NCBI RefSeq assembly: GCF_001194135.2
Contig: NC_069006.1
Location: 20,648,348-20,681,527 of the forward strand
From: Octopus bimaculoides
Lineage: Eukaryota
Direction: 5' to 3'
Length of the DNA stretch: 33,180 bases
Positions 1 to 11,868 of the stretch are shown in pieces. The position numbers and the translations under genes were made by a program. The stretch's first letter is position 1. Each line of letters begins with the position of its first letter. Below the pieces are notes generated by a model. That model was not told the origin of the DNA, ran no database searches, and saw only the letters and a list, made by a program, of their open reading frames with translations.

Positions 1-80
1 TGAAGAGTCATTATTTTCGTCTCACCTCTGCGACCAGGTCGGACAGTTACCCTGCAACGAAGTAGTGGGATATATATATA

Positions 81-476
81 GGAGTGGCTGAGTGGTAAGT
101 AGTTTGCTTACCAACCACATGGTTCCGGGTTCAGTCTCACTGTGTGGCACCTTGGGCAAGCATCTTCCACTATAGCCTCGGACCGACCAAAACCTTGTGA
201 GAGGATTTGGTAGACGGAAACTGAAAGAAGCCCGTCGTGTGTGTGTATATATATATATCTATATATATATATATAGTGTGTGTTTGTCCCTCCCAATATC
301 GCCTGACAACCGATCATGGTGTGTTTACGTCCCAGTAACCAAGCCGTTCGGCAAAAGAGACCGATAGAATAAGTACAAGGCTTACAAAGATTAAGTCCTG
401 GAGTCGATTTGCTCGACTAAAAAAGGCGGTGCCCCAGCATGGCCGCAGCCAAAATGACTGAAGCAAGTAAAAGAAT
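81..476 (+). mobile_element. tRNA-derived SINE, family A (CORE-like, octopus OR-type), near full length
   Basis: Pol III A-box-like TGGCTGAGTGG and B-box-like GGTTCAGTCTC, then CCTTGGGCAAG...GGAAACTGAAAGAAGCC, an internal TA/TG microsatellite, and a 3' part ending CCAGCATGGCCGCAGCC..TGACTGAAGCAAGTAAAAG. Many similar copies lie elsewhere in the window. Confidence 0.9.
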
Positions 477-1080
477 AAACGAATATACATATATATAGTC
501 GTATACGGAATAGGCCGTGTATATATATATAGATATATACATATACATACATACAGAGAAAGCAAGGGAAAGAGAAAGAGAGAGGGATAGATTCAGAGAT
601 AGGACGACGGAAAGTGAGAGTATAAAAGGATTTGAAAATCTGAGAGTGAGTGAGGGTGTGCGTGTGTGGGGAAGAGAGGAAGAAGCTGCGTGTATGAGGC
701 GGTTTGTTTGTTTGTGTGAGAGTATCATATTTAGCGTGAGCATGCGAGAAAGTGTGTGTGTGTGTGCATGCGTGAGTTTTGTTAGTGTTGGCGAGCACCG
801 CATGTGCTTGTTTTAATTATCCTATTACGACTAATGATACAACTGTGGAATAAACATCTAAATTTGCTGACAGATTGACAGTTAACTCGGTAATTTATTT
901 TTCCTATAATTTGAAACTATTTTCAGGGGTTAAAATCTTTTCCTCCGCCCTTCTACAGAATCAGCGCTATCCAATTTCAGGGCCCATTTCGGAGAAATAC
1001 CCAATTTTTGTAAGAATTATCTCACATTTCAAAGGCATATTTACCATTTGGAAGTTATATTTTTATCTCGTATCTTTTTA

Positions 1081-1533
1081 CTTTCTTTCATTCATTGGAC
1101 GGCGGCCATGCTGGGGCACCGCGTTGAAGGCTTTTTAATCTAACACATCGCCCCCGTTATGTGCTCTTTTGTTTTGTTTTTAAAAAAAATCTGGTACTTA
1201 TTCTATTGAATCCCTTGGTCGAATCGCTAAGTTACAGGGACGCGAACAAACCAATACTGGTTGCTAACTGCTAATAGGACACACACACACACACACACAC
1301 ATTCTTGGCCTGGCTTCGCGAACGAAGATATCCATTTTTGTTGCAGATTCGCTGATGCCCGATGTGTCTGATGCTGGCATAGATATTCAAATGCGAAAGC
1401 TTCCACACAGTTTCCGTTTACCAAATTCATTTATAAGGCATTTCCCAGTCCGGAGACTGTAGTAGAAGGCATTTACCCGAGATGCCTTGCAGTGGGACTG
1501 AACCCGAGACCAACATTATTAGGAAACAAGTTT
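1081..1533 (-). mobile_element. SINE family A, old diverged copy with a longer central segment
   Basis: Reverse complements of the tail (GGCCATGCTGGGGCACCGC near 1105) and head (CAGTGGGACTGAACCC near 1490) are recognisable, with many substitutions. Confidence 0.75.
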
Positions 1534-1540
1534 CTCTAAT

Positions 1541-1612
1541 TTTGTACAAGGCCAGCAATGCTGAGGAGAGAGTGAAGTCCATCACATCGACCCCAGTACT
1601 CAACTGGTACTT
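1541..1612 (-). mobile_element. SINE family B 3' fragment
   Basis: CAAGGCCAGCAA...CACATCGACCCCAGTACTCAACTGGTACTT matches the family B tails at 6930-7004 and 10010-10110. Confidence 0.7.
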
Positions 1613-1924
1613 GCTTGCTTACATATTTACACACACACAGAGAAGCACAAACACACACGCGATCAGAAATACAGCACGCACACACACACACATATTCACA
1701 CACGCACGCACGCACAAATAAACAGACATATACACACATACTTAGTAATACATGCGTACACAAATACATAAATACATATATACACAAATGCTTACATACA
1801 CACGTGCTTACACACACATACATACACACATGCTTACACACACACGTACACACACGCACATACACATACATAATGTGCACTCCCACATATACATGGTAAT
1901 ATACACAACACAGGTACGCGCAAT

Positions 1925-2042
1925 CACACACACACACTTTGTTATATACATAGGCATAGATCTAAGTACAGGAACATACACACACACACACACACACACA
2001 CACTTTGTTATATACATAGGCATAGATCTAAGTACAGGAACA
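1925..2042. repeat. Tandem duplication of about 66 bp running into an N-gap
   Basis: CACTTTGTTATATACATAGGCATAGATCTAAGTACAGGAACA occurs twice, separated by (CA)n. Confidence 0.85.
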
Positions 2043-2870
2043 NNNNNNNNNNNNNNNNNNNNNNNNNNNNNNNNNNNNNNNNNNNNNNNNNNNNNNNNNN
2101 NNNNNNNNNNNNNNNNNNNNNNNNNNNNNNNNNNNNNNNNNNNNNNNNNNNNNNNNNNNNNNNNNNNNNNNNNNNNNNNNNNNNNNNNNNNNNNNNNNNN
2201 NNNNNNNNNNNNNNNNNNNNNNNNNNNNNNNNNNNNNNNNNNNNNNNNNNNNNNNNNNNNNNNNNNNNNNNNNNNNNNNNNNNNNNNNNNNNNNNNNNNN
2301 NNNNNNNNNNNNNNNNNNNNNNNNNNNNNNNNNNNNNNNNNNNNNNNNNNNNNNNNNNNNNNNNNNNNNNNNNNNNNNNNNNNNNNNNNNNNNNNNNNNN
2401 NNNNNNNNNNNNNNNNNNNNNNNNNNNNNNNNNNNNNNNNNNNNNNNNNNNNNNNNNNNNNNNNNNNNNNNNNNNNNNNNNNNNNNNNNNNNNNNNNNNN
2501 NNNNNNNNNNNNNNNNNNNNNNNNNNNNNNNNNNNNNNNNNNNNNNNNNNNNNNNNNNNNNNNNNNNNNNNNNNNNNNNNNNNNNNNNNNNNNNNNNNNN
2601 NNNNNNNNNNNNNNNNNNNNNNNNNNNNNNNNNNNNNNNNNNNNNNNNNNNNNNNNNNNNNNNNNNNNNNNNNNNNNNNNNNNNNNNNNNNNNNNNNNNN
2701 NNNNNNNNNNNNNNNNNNNNNNNGGGGATGGGGTGGGGTGGGGGTGGCGGAGCGAGGCAGAGAAGGAGGGCGGGGTAGAGGGTGTACATGAAAGGGGGGA
2801 AGTGGATAGTGGGTTACATGTGGGAGGGATAAGGGAATATGGCGGTATAGATTACAAAGGGACACACACA

Positions 2871-2908
<38 letters not shown>

Positions 2909-3399
2909 CACATACTACACACATATCTGCATATATACACACACATATAAACAAATACGTATCTTAATCTACATGTGCATATACATACACACATATACAT
3001 GTATGTATACAAACATACATATACTTATGTATGTATATATACATACAAATATACATTTACTTATGTATATGTATACATATATATATATATACACATATGT
3101 CTGTATATATGTGGATATATATATATATATGCTCACATACATATATATGTGTGTATATATATGTGGATATATATATATACACACACATACCAACACGCAC
3201 ATATCTTTGTCCATAAATTATACACACCTATATAAGTATATAGATATACATATGCATAGCTATGCACACACATACTACAACTGAATACACACACACACAG
3301 ACATTAGAAAAACAAAGAGAGAAATGGAGAATGGGTTATTTCTTATCTTTTACCCTAAACACAAACACGTTTCTTCATATAATCCCAAGAATGTAATCA

Positions 3400-3484
3400 C
3401 CTCCACCACCACCACCAACACCACCACAGGAACCACCTCCACAACAATCATCCAGCCACCACCATTACTACTACTACTACCACC

Positions 3485-3516
<32 letters not shown>

Positions 3517-4590
3517 CAACCCCTCCACTACCACCATTAAGACCAAAGCGACTTCCATCGCAAATACCTCCACTCCAACCACATCCTGTACAATAACCAC
3601 GACCACCACCATTACTGTCGTCACAATCACTGGCACACCAATCATCACCGCCATCATAATCACCACCTGCACTACTACTACAACTACTATCAATACCACA
3701 ACGCTACTACAATCGTCGCCAAAACCACTTGCAAACCCAAACACCACTACCACAACCACCACCACAGCTGCCACTACTACAAACATCATTGCGATCACAA
3801 CATTCATAGCAACACTACCACCACTACTACTACTACTATTTCTACTACTACTGCTGCTGCTGCTACTACTACTTCTACTACTGCTTCTACTATTACTGCT
3901 ACTACTACTGCTGCTGCTGCTACTACTACTACTACTACTGCTACTACTACTACCACCACCATTTCAATCATCATCACAACAACCATTATTGCCACAACTG
4001 CTACTATTATGACTACAATCAGAACCACAACTNNNNNNNNNNNNNNNNNNNNNNNNNNNNNNNNNNNNNNNNNNNNNNNNNNNNNNNNNNNNNNNNNNNN
4101 NNNNNNNNNNNNNNNNNNNNNNNNNNNNNNNNNNNNNNNNNNNNNNNNNNNNNNNNNNNNNNNNNNNNNNNNNNNNNNNNNNNNNNNNNNNNNNNNNNNN
4201 NNNNNNNNNNNNNNNNNNNNNNNNNNNNNNNNNNNNNNNNNNNNNNNNNNNNNNNNNNNNNNNNNNNNNNNNNNNNNNNNNNNNNNNNNNNNNNNNNNNN
4301 NNNNNNNNNNNNNNNNNNNNNNNNNNNNNNNNNNNNNNNNNNNNNNNNNNNNNNNNNNNNNNNNNNNNNNNNNNNNNNNNNNNNNNNNNNNNNNNNNNNN
4401 NNNNNNNNNNNNNNNNNNNNNNNNNNNNNNNNNNNNNNNNNNNNNNNNNNNNNNNNNNNNNNNNNNNNNNNNNNNNNNNNNNNNNNNNNNNNNNNNNNNN
4501 NNNNNNNNGTAACCCCAACTACCACTACTAACACCGACACCACAAACCTTAAGCACAACCACTACTACAATCAGCACCACCACCACCGAT
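3400..4590. repeat. Compound trinucleotide low-complexity tract (ACC/ACA/ACT/GCT) split by a gap
   Basis: Visible triplet runs that translate to poly-T, poly-P or poly-V depending on frame. Confidence 0.9.
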
Positions 4591-5029
4591 ATGAAAGAAG
4601 TAAAAATGTTTTAACGGTCTCCGGTCCGCCCACGTATCCTTCCCCAACCCTCCATCCCAATGCGATCCTTCTTATTTCGTCCCCTTACCGTCTTTCCCTT
4701 CTCCAAGAAAGGCTTTGAGACTTTGAAATCAATCGAGTGTGGAAAGGAAAGCGGGAAGGAGAGAAAGAAAGACAAGAAAGAAAGGCAAGAAAAGAAAAAA
4801 AGAAGAAAAAAACGAAAACTCAAAACAAAAGCAACGGAAAAAAAATCCTACAAAAGTATAATAATAATAATAATAATAATAATAATGGTGATGATGGTAA
4901 AATCGAAAAACAAAGATTAAGAAGAAAAGAAAAAGCTGAAGAAATTTCCAGTCGAATGAACATCATGACGCAATCTTTGATGTTTTGGAAACATAAAATT
5001 TCAGATATCAGGAGAGCAAAGAATCAACT

Positions 5030-5220
5030 AGAAGTCACTCACGCACACACACTCAGCTTACTCGCTTTTACTCACTCACTCATTCATTCATTCATTCACT
5101 TTTGCTCACTCATTCAGTTACTCACTCACTCAGTCAGTCAATCATTGTCACTCGCACTATCACGCAGTCTTGTTTCGATCGTTTTACTCTTCACTGTCAG
5201 TCAGTCAGTCAATCAATTGT
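5030..5220. repeat. Compound tetranucleotide repeat (CACT/CATT/CAGT)
   Basis: Directly visible degenerate 4-mer array. Confidence 0.8.
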
Positions 5221-5261
5221 CCAAGCAGACGAATATAAAGTGAGAGAGAGACATCGTGGAG

Positions 5262-5374
<113 letters not shown>

Positions 5375-5482
5375 TGTGTAAATGACTGTACGTACGTGTT
5401 TGCGTATGTGTGCATATATGCATGTACGTGAGTATGAGTATGTATGAGTGTATGTGCATATGTACATGTGTGAGTGCATGTG

Positions 5483-5715
5483 TTATTTCTTTACTACCCA
5501 CAAAGGGCTACACACAGAGGGGACAAACAAGGACAGACAAACACGGATTAAGTCGATTATATCGACCCCAGTGCGTAACTGGTACTTATTTAATCGACCC
5601 CGAAAAGATGAAAGGCAAAGTCGACCTCGGCGGAATTTGAACTCAGAACGTAGCGGCAGACGAAATACCGCTAAGCATTTCGCCCGGCGTGCCAACGTTT
5701 CCGCCAGCTCGCCGC
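5483..5715 (-). mobile_element. tRNA-derived SINE, family B, full length (tail type 1)
   Basis: The minus strand reads GCGGCGAGCTGGCGGAAACGTTGG...GAGTTCAAATTCCGCCGAGGTCGACTTTGCCTTTCATCTTTTCGGGGTCGAT...; close to the copy at 26911-27141. Confidence 0.92.
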
Positions 5716-6586
5716 ATGTGTGCGTACTTATGTGTGTATGTGTGTATGTAAGACTGTACGTGTGTATGTGCATGTACATATGTATATGTATGTGCATGTG
5801 TGCGTACTTACGTGTGTATGAGTTTATGTGTATATGTATATATATGTATGTACATGTGCGTGTATGTATATGTATATGTACGTGTATGTGCGCGCTGTTG
5901 TTGTTGTTGTTACTGCAAAGAGGTTTGTGTAAGTAAATAACAAGGCAAAAGCGAGGCGGGGGTGGAAACATGCGGAATAAGGGTTCGAAATGAAACGGAA
6001 GCAGCATGGTCAATATGAAGAAATAAATAAATAAATTAAAATATAGTAAAAAAAAATATATATATATGGTAAAAAAAAATGCTGAAAAACATACAGCAAA
6101 TTCAACCACAAAAACAAAAAAATATAACGAAAAAAAAAGAGTATATTTTTTTTAAATACTAAAAAAATATAAAAATGCCAAAAAAAATCAATCAAGAACA
6201 AACGAAGAAAAAAAAAATAACTATATAGGGAAAGGAAGAGTTAAAAAGAACAACAACAACAACAACAATAGTAACACTAACAATAATAGGAACCACAAGA
6301 AATGTAGGAAAAATAACAAAAACAAATTATACGTGTGCATATGTGTGTGTGTGTGTGTGTGTATATGTGAGTGTGTATATGTATATATATATGTGTGTGT
6401 GTGTGTTTGTGTCTGTGTCTGTGTGTGACAGGCAATTCCGTTGAGGTTTTGGGCAAGACTCGAACCATTAAACACAACATTGATTGATGGAAAAAATATG
6501 AAGTCCTCTTGAAGACGACAACGATGACGGTCATATAAATTAGGGTTCGGGATTGTTTGTATAGGAAAGAAGAAAGAAAGGAAGAG

Positions 6587-6631
<45 letters not shown>

Positions 6632-6894
6632 AGGTGAGTTATCCGTCTGCGGATGGATAAATAGCCAGTGTTGTTGGGGATTGGTGAGGTGGACGGCCGT
6701 TAGTAGAAGGCTAATGGTGGCGGATTGCTTGGCTAGATTGATGAATGAATGGCACCGTGGATAAGCTGGAGGGTGGGTGGAGGCGGGAACTTTCTAGATT
6801 CGTTGGTTGAGATGGAGTCGGTCGGTCTCTGTCTGTATACACAGTATCGAAAAGATTCCGTACAACCTCCAGAACTGAAAGAGTGCTCTATATA

Positions 6895-7004
6895 CTTGTA
6901 GTCAATAGAGCTTGAATAATATTGGTTTCAAATTTTGGCACAAAGCCAGCAATTTCGGGGAGGGGAGGAGTAAGTCGACTACATCGACTCCAGTGATAAA
7001 CTGG
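6895..7004 (-). mobile_element. SINE family B 3' fragment (tail type 3), fused to a family A copy
   Basis: AAATTTTGGCACAAAGCCAGCAATTTCGGGG...TAAGTCGACTACATCGACTCCAGTG. Confidence 0.8.
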
Positions 7005-7376
7005 CCCCTTGGGCAAGTGTCTTCTACTATAGCCGCGGGCCGACCAAAGCCTTGTGAGTGGATTAGGTAGACGGAAACTGAAAGAAGCCCATCGTATATA
7101 TGTGTATATATATGTATGTGTGTTTGTGCGTCTGTGTTTGTCCCCCCCAACATCACTTGACAACCGATGCTGGTGTGTTTACGTCCCCGTAACTTGGCCG
7201 TTCGGCAAAAGTGACCGATAGAATAAGTACTAGGCTTACAAAGAGTAAGTCCTGGGGTCGATTTGCTCGACTAAAGGCGGTGCTCCAGCANNNNNNNNNN
7301 GGGTCGATTTGCTCGACTAAAGGCGGTGCTCCAGCATGGCCGCAGTCAAATGACTGAAACAAGTAAAAGAGTAAAA
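7005..7376 (+). mobile_element. SINE family A lacking its tRNA head; about 40 bp duplicated across the 10-N gap
   Basis: Starts at CCTTGGGCAAGTGTCTTCTAC. GGGTCGATTTGCTCGACTAAAGGCGGTGCTCCAGCA appears on both sides of gap 7291-7300. Confidence 0.9.
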
Positions 7377-7822
7377 TAGTATATATATATAATATGCCAC
7401 AGAATCGCTCCAAAACAGACAGCAATGTTTAAGTTTTGTTCACGTCAAATTAGGTTACCCAGGAAGAAAACCAAACGATACCAAACTAAGCGACCTCCAC
7501 AGACAATGAATCCTCAAAGACTTTTACAAGAATGGGGGACAACCCAGAGTAACGAGACTAAGATATAAGAAATTCCTAATCAAGCATAACATATATGCAT
7601 TTCCGCCATCATATACATACATACATACGTGCGGGTGTGTGTCTGTGTAGTTTATAATCGGCAGAAAGTTACAAAAGTGACTTTAGGGTAAGAAGCATCG
7701 TGCAGGGCACATATACATATATCTACATAGCTTACGTTAGAAGCTGCCTTATCTTCGAAACGTCTAGTTAGAATAGAGGCAGCTGACGAAGGATTAATTC
7801 CAAGTGGCTATCTGTTTTCCTA

Positions 7823-7946
7823 TGTGTTCGTTCCGTTGTCTGTAGTTCGTTGTTCTAACGTCCTGTACCCTGATATGCATCTATATACACATGTAGATGT
7901 AAGTATGTACATATGTGTGTGTATACATGCATATATATTCTTTGTA
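7823..7946 (+). repeat. Left arm of a 124-bp inverted repeat (partner 8712-8835)
   Basis: Manual alignment to the reverse complement of 8712-8835 gives 6 mismatches in 124 bp. Confidence 0.92.
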
Positions 7947-8086
7947 ATATATATATATATATNNNNNNNNNNATGTGTAGATACATCTGCATACCCACAC
8001 GTAAAATAAGATACACGACGCGAAAGAATAAAAGTAAAAAAAAATTATGTTTATTGGGGGTTGGTGAATTAAATGAAGCAGTATAA

Positions 8087-8122
<36 letters not shown>

Positions 8123-8164
8123 AGAACGACAGCCAGTAAGAGGGAGCAGAGATGGTATATGATA

Positions 8165-8305
8165 GACATGTAGATGATCCCATCATCGCGATACAGCCCG
8201 CTCCGCCCTGCATCACTTACATACCGCATCTTTTAGATAGATGCTGCACCAGTGTAGCGGATCACTGCACAATTAATCAAGGGAATCACCAAGAAATTCC
8301 ATGCA
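8165..8305 (-). mobile_element. Degenerate Penelope-like element reverse transcriptase fragment
   Basis: The minus strand encodes GLYRDDGIIY. Allowing frameshifts, the upstream sequence gives IP(L)...AVIRY-LV-IYL, spaced like the PLE motif PMG..DGAEICDLVG.YL...GLYRDDGL. Confidence 0.5.
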
Positions 8306-8415
8306 GAGCATTCTAGACATTTTCTAAAGTAAATACAAAAACAGAATAGTCACAGATTGAGATTAATGGTAGAATAAACAGAGGTTACTCATACACACAC
8401 ACACATGTATGTATG

Positions 8416-8459
<44 letters not shown>

Positions 8460-8711
8460 TGTATGTACATAGATATAAGTATATGCTTATATGTGTGTAT
8501 ATATATACATGTATATACATAGATACAAGCATATGAATATATGTGTGTACTTAAACACACACACACATTTATATATATATATATATATATATATGCATAA
8601 TGAATATGAGTATATAGGTGTGTATATCTATTTCTGATATGTACGTGCGTGGTGTGTACATGTCTATATCTTTGAATATTTACGTGTTTATATATATATA
8701 TATATATATAA

Positions 8712-8835
8712 TACAAAGAATATATATACATGTATACACACATATATGTACATACTTACATCTACATGTGTATATACATGTATATCAGGGTACAGGACGT
8801 TAGAACAATAAACTACAGACAACGGAACGAACACA
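8712..8835 (-). repeat. Right arm of the 124-bp inverted repeat
   Basis: Reverse complement of 7823-7946. Confidence 0.92.
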
Positions 8836-9274
8836 ATATATATATATATATATATAGATATATACATGTATATATACATGCCTTCAAAATTGTTTTTCTA
8901 GTCAAAAGGATTTTTTAATCCAATATTTACATGCTATTATTTGTGGCTTATCGCTTTCTGTGTACTTCGAGATCAACTATTCCAAAAACAATTATGCAAT
9001 TATATATATATATGTTTATGTGTATGTATGTGAAATCTATACAGCTATATTGATCTGCGTGTGTTCGGTGTAAACATATTTATATGTACATAAGTGTGAG
9101 AATGTGTGAGTGAGTACGTGCGCATATAATATTTTACTGTGTAAGCATATGCGTATGTATATGCATATATTAGCATTTATATATCTACGTATGAATGTAT
9201 GCTTTTCAAAACGCGTGTATGTACGTACGTACGTGTATATGTGTACTTATCTTCAGGTCCAAATATATATATAC

Positions 9275-9308
<34 letters not shown>

Positions 9309-9727
9309 TCATTTATGCATATATGTATGTGTGTATGCATGTATTTACGTCATGCGTGCATTTGTGTATTCATGCGTACATATGTGTATTACGTTTTGCG
9401 AAACGAGTCATCATACGTGTGTGTATGTGTGTGTGTGTGTGTGCATGTGTGTTGAATTAATATGTATGCAGCATCGTTGTCAAAAAACTGCCAATGTTCA
9501 ACTTGTGTCCAAAATATGACAGTTTTACAAAAAATATTTCTAACTGAAAACATCATACATGCATGGAGTTACGATTTTATGCACCCAACAAAGTATTATT
9601 GTTAAGTTGAAACTGTTGCAAATGTAAAAAGAAATAGAATGGCGAAACTATTTTTTCGTTTTCTGAAAAAGCAACGTTTTTGGTCTTACGACACTTCTGC
9701 ATTATAACAACTATCTATACTGCATAT

Positions 9728-10112
9728 AAGGTGGTGAGCTGGCAGAATCGGTAGCGCTCCGGGCAAAACGCTTAGCGGCATTTCGCCAGTCTTTATTTTT
9801 CTGAGGTCAAATTCTGTGGAGGTCGACTTTGCCTTTTATGCTCACCCCGACGTCACTCTGACATCACATGGTCAACAATGCCTACAAATTTTGACCAACT
9901 GGTAAAACTCCATCTCCAGATAATCAGCATCCTCTTCCCCTATCAATTCCATTAACATTTTTACTACCTCCAGTGCCACCACCAGCATCACAAATGAAAA
10001 AAGGGTACATCTTTTCGGCGTTGATAAAAGAAGCATTAGTTGAGTACCGGGGTTTGATGTCATTGACTTACATCCTGCCCTCCCGAAATTCCTGGTATTG
10101 TGCCAAAATTCC
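9728..10112 (+). mobile_element. Old SINE family B copy interrupted by a 168-bp insertion (9840-10007)
   Basis: The head runs GGTGGTGAGCTGGCAGAATC...GAGGTCGACTTTGCCTTTTAT, then resumes after the insert as CATCTTTTCGGCGTTGATAAAAG...GTGCCAAAATT. Confidence 0.75.
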
Positions 10113-10236
10113 GGACAAATATATACTCTACATCATGTGCTGAGTACACACACACATACACACACGCACTTATGCATACAATTTTATATATATATATATA
10201 TACTCATACACATATACATACAAGTATGTATATCAT

Positions 10237-10280
<44 letters not shown>

Positions 10281-10857
10281 GTACAAACATAAGTCCATAG
10301 ACATACATACCTAAGTCACACACACACACACACATCGATAGTTCGTTGATCTGTCAATAAATCGTTAATCGTAAACAATCATCAATGTAAACATTCACGG
10401 AAGGAGAAATATTAAATTATATTTGTCTGACAAATAAAAAAGAAAGAAAGATAAATAGATAAAAGATGAAATAAAAAAAAAAGACTTCAAAGAAGAAAAA
10501 AAATAAAGCAAGATTATCTAAATATATAAAAAAAAACATAACTAAAGTAGAACTATAATACGTTAATTNNNNNNNNNNNNNNNNNNNNNNNNNNNNNNNN
10601 NNNNNNNNNNNNNNNNNNNNNNNNNNNNNNNNNNNNNNNNNNNNNNNNNNNNNNNNNNNNNNNNNNNNNNNNNNNNNNNNNNNNNNNNNNNNNNNNNNNN
10701 NNNNNNNNNNNNNNNNNNNNNNNNNNNNNNNNNNNNNNNNNNNNNNNNNNNNNNNNNNNNNNNNNNNNNNNNNNNNNNNNNNNNNNNNNNNNNNNNNNNN
10801 NNNNNNNNNNNNNNNNNNNNNNNNNNNNNNNNNNNNNNNNNNNNNNNNNNNNNNNNN

Positions 10858-10933
10858 CTATAGCCTCGGGCCGACCAAAGCCTTGTGAGTGGATTTGGTA
10901 GACGGAAACTGAAAGAAGCCCGTCGTATATATG

Positions 10934-10966
<33 letters not shown>

Positions 10967-11174
10967 GTTTGTATGTGTTTGTCTCCCCAACATCGCTTGA
11001 CAACCGATGCTGGTGTGTTTATGTCCCCGTAACCTAGTGGTTCGGCAAAAGAGATCGATAGAATAAGTACTAGGCTTCTAAAGAATAAGTCCTGGGGTCG
11101 ATTTGCTCGACTAAAAGGTGGTGCTCCAGCATGGCCACAGTCAAAAGACTGAAACAAGTAAAAGAGTAAAAGAG
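10858..11174 (+). mobile_element. SINE family A, 5' end lost in a gap
   Basis: CTATAGCCTCGGGCCGACCAAAGCC...CCAGCATGGCCACAGTCAAAAGACTGAAACAAGTAAAAGAG. Confidence 0.92.
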
Positions 11175-11422
11175 TATATATGCATCAAATATATAATTCT
11201 GATGTACATACGTACTCATAACACATACGTGTGTGATATGTAACAATTACATATGTGTGTGTGTGGTATTTATTTTTCTGTTATTTCACGGTGTTTGTGT
11301 TGTAGTCGATTTAATTACCCTTCCTATCAAACTATAACTCAAGGTCGAGGACGTGGAGTAGTTTTGTACCTTCAGCATAATACTTTAGTCTTTCTGCTCT
11401 TCATAGCAACTCTTTTATTCAT

Positions 11423-11686
11423 TTATTTGAGGACTTTCCTAACAATTCTGGCTGAAACTAATGAATACGTTTTCTGAACTGTTCCCTAAACCTTTACATT
11501 AAGATCAAGTTTTTCACGGTTTGCTCTCAAATTCTTAGTCACCGTTTCCAAAGCCCCAATATACAAACGTTTTCTGAACTGCCCTTAATCTTCACATTAA
11601 GATCATCTTTTGCAAGGTATGCTCTCAAATTCTTTGTCACCGTTTCCAAAGCCCCAATATACAAACGTTTTCTGAACTGCCCTTAG
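11423..11686 (-). mobile_element. 3' end of the ORF of an RLE-type non-LTR retrotransposon (R4/Dong-like), 5'-truncated, with a tandem unit of about 99 bp
   Basis: The minus strand from 11566 translates as LYIGALETVTKNLRANREKLDLNVKV*GTVQKTYSLVSARIVRKVLK* (stop at 11423-11425). This matches the conserved R4/Dong C-terminus IGALGTV.K.L...L..I......IQK..LLGTARILRKVL. Confidence 0.75.
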
Positions 11687-11836
11687 ATTAGCGATTCGGG
11701 GGAAAGAGAACGATAGAATATATACCAGACTCGACAAAAAATAAGTACAGGAATCGATTCGTTTCGACTAAAACCTTTTCAGGCGGTGGTACAGCATGGC
11801 CGCAGTATTGTGACGGAAGGAAGTAAAAGATAAAAG

Positions 11837-11838
<2 letters not shown>
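11687..11838 (+). mobile_element. SINE family A 3' fragment
   Basis: GATAGAATATATACCAG...GGCGGTGGTACAGCATGGCCGCAG...GTAAAAGATAAAAG. Confidence 0.75.

Positions 11839-11868
<30 letters not shown>

Noticed and set aside
81-150. tRNA-like sequences with A/B boxes
   Set aside because: These are SINE heads with no complete cloverleaf or acceptor stem, and they continue into SINE bodies.
108-565. Recurring ORFs containing QGFGRSEAIVEDACPRCH or CGHAGAPP (also near 6.9, 10.9, 18.3 and 28.2 kb)
   Set aside because: They are antisense translations of SINE family A, not a gene family.
5448-5936. Recurring ORFs with RPRKDERQSRP or IDPERMKGKVDL (also near 17.3, 18.4, 26.8 and 31.6 kb)
   Set aside because: They are translations of SINE family B.
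11467-11686. Regular repeat-like array suggesting CRISPR
   Set aside because: The context is eukaryotic, the whole unit including the would-be spacer is duplicated, and it translates as LINE protein.
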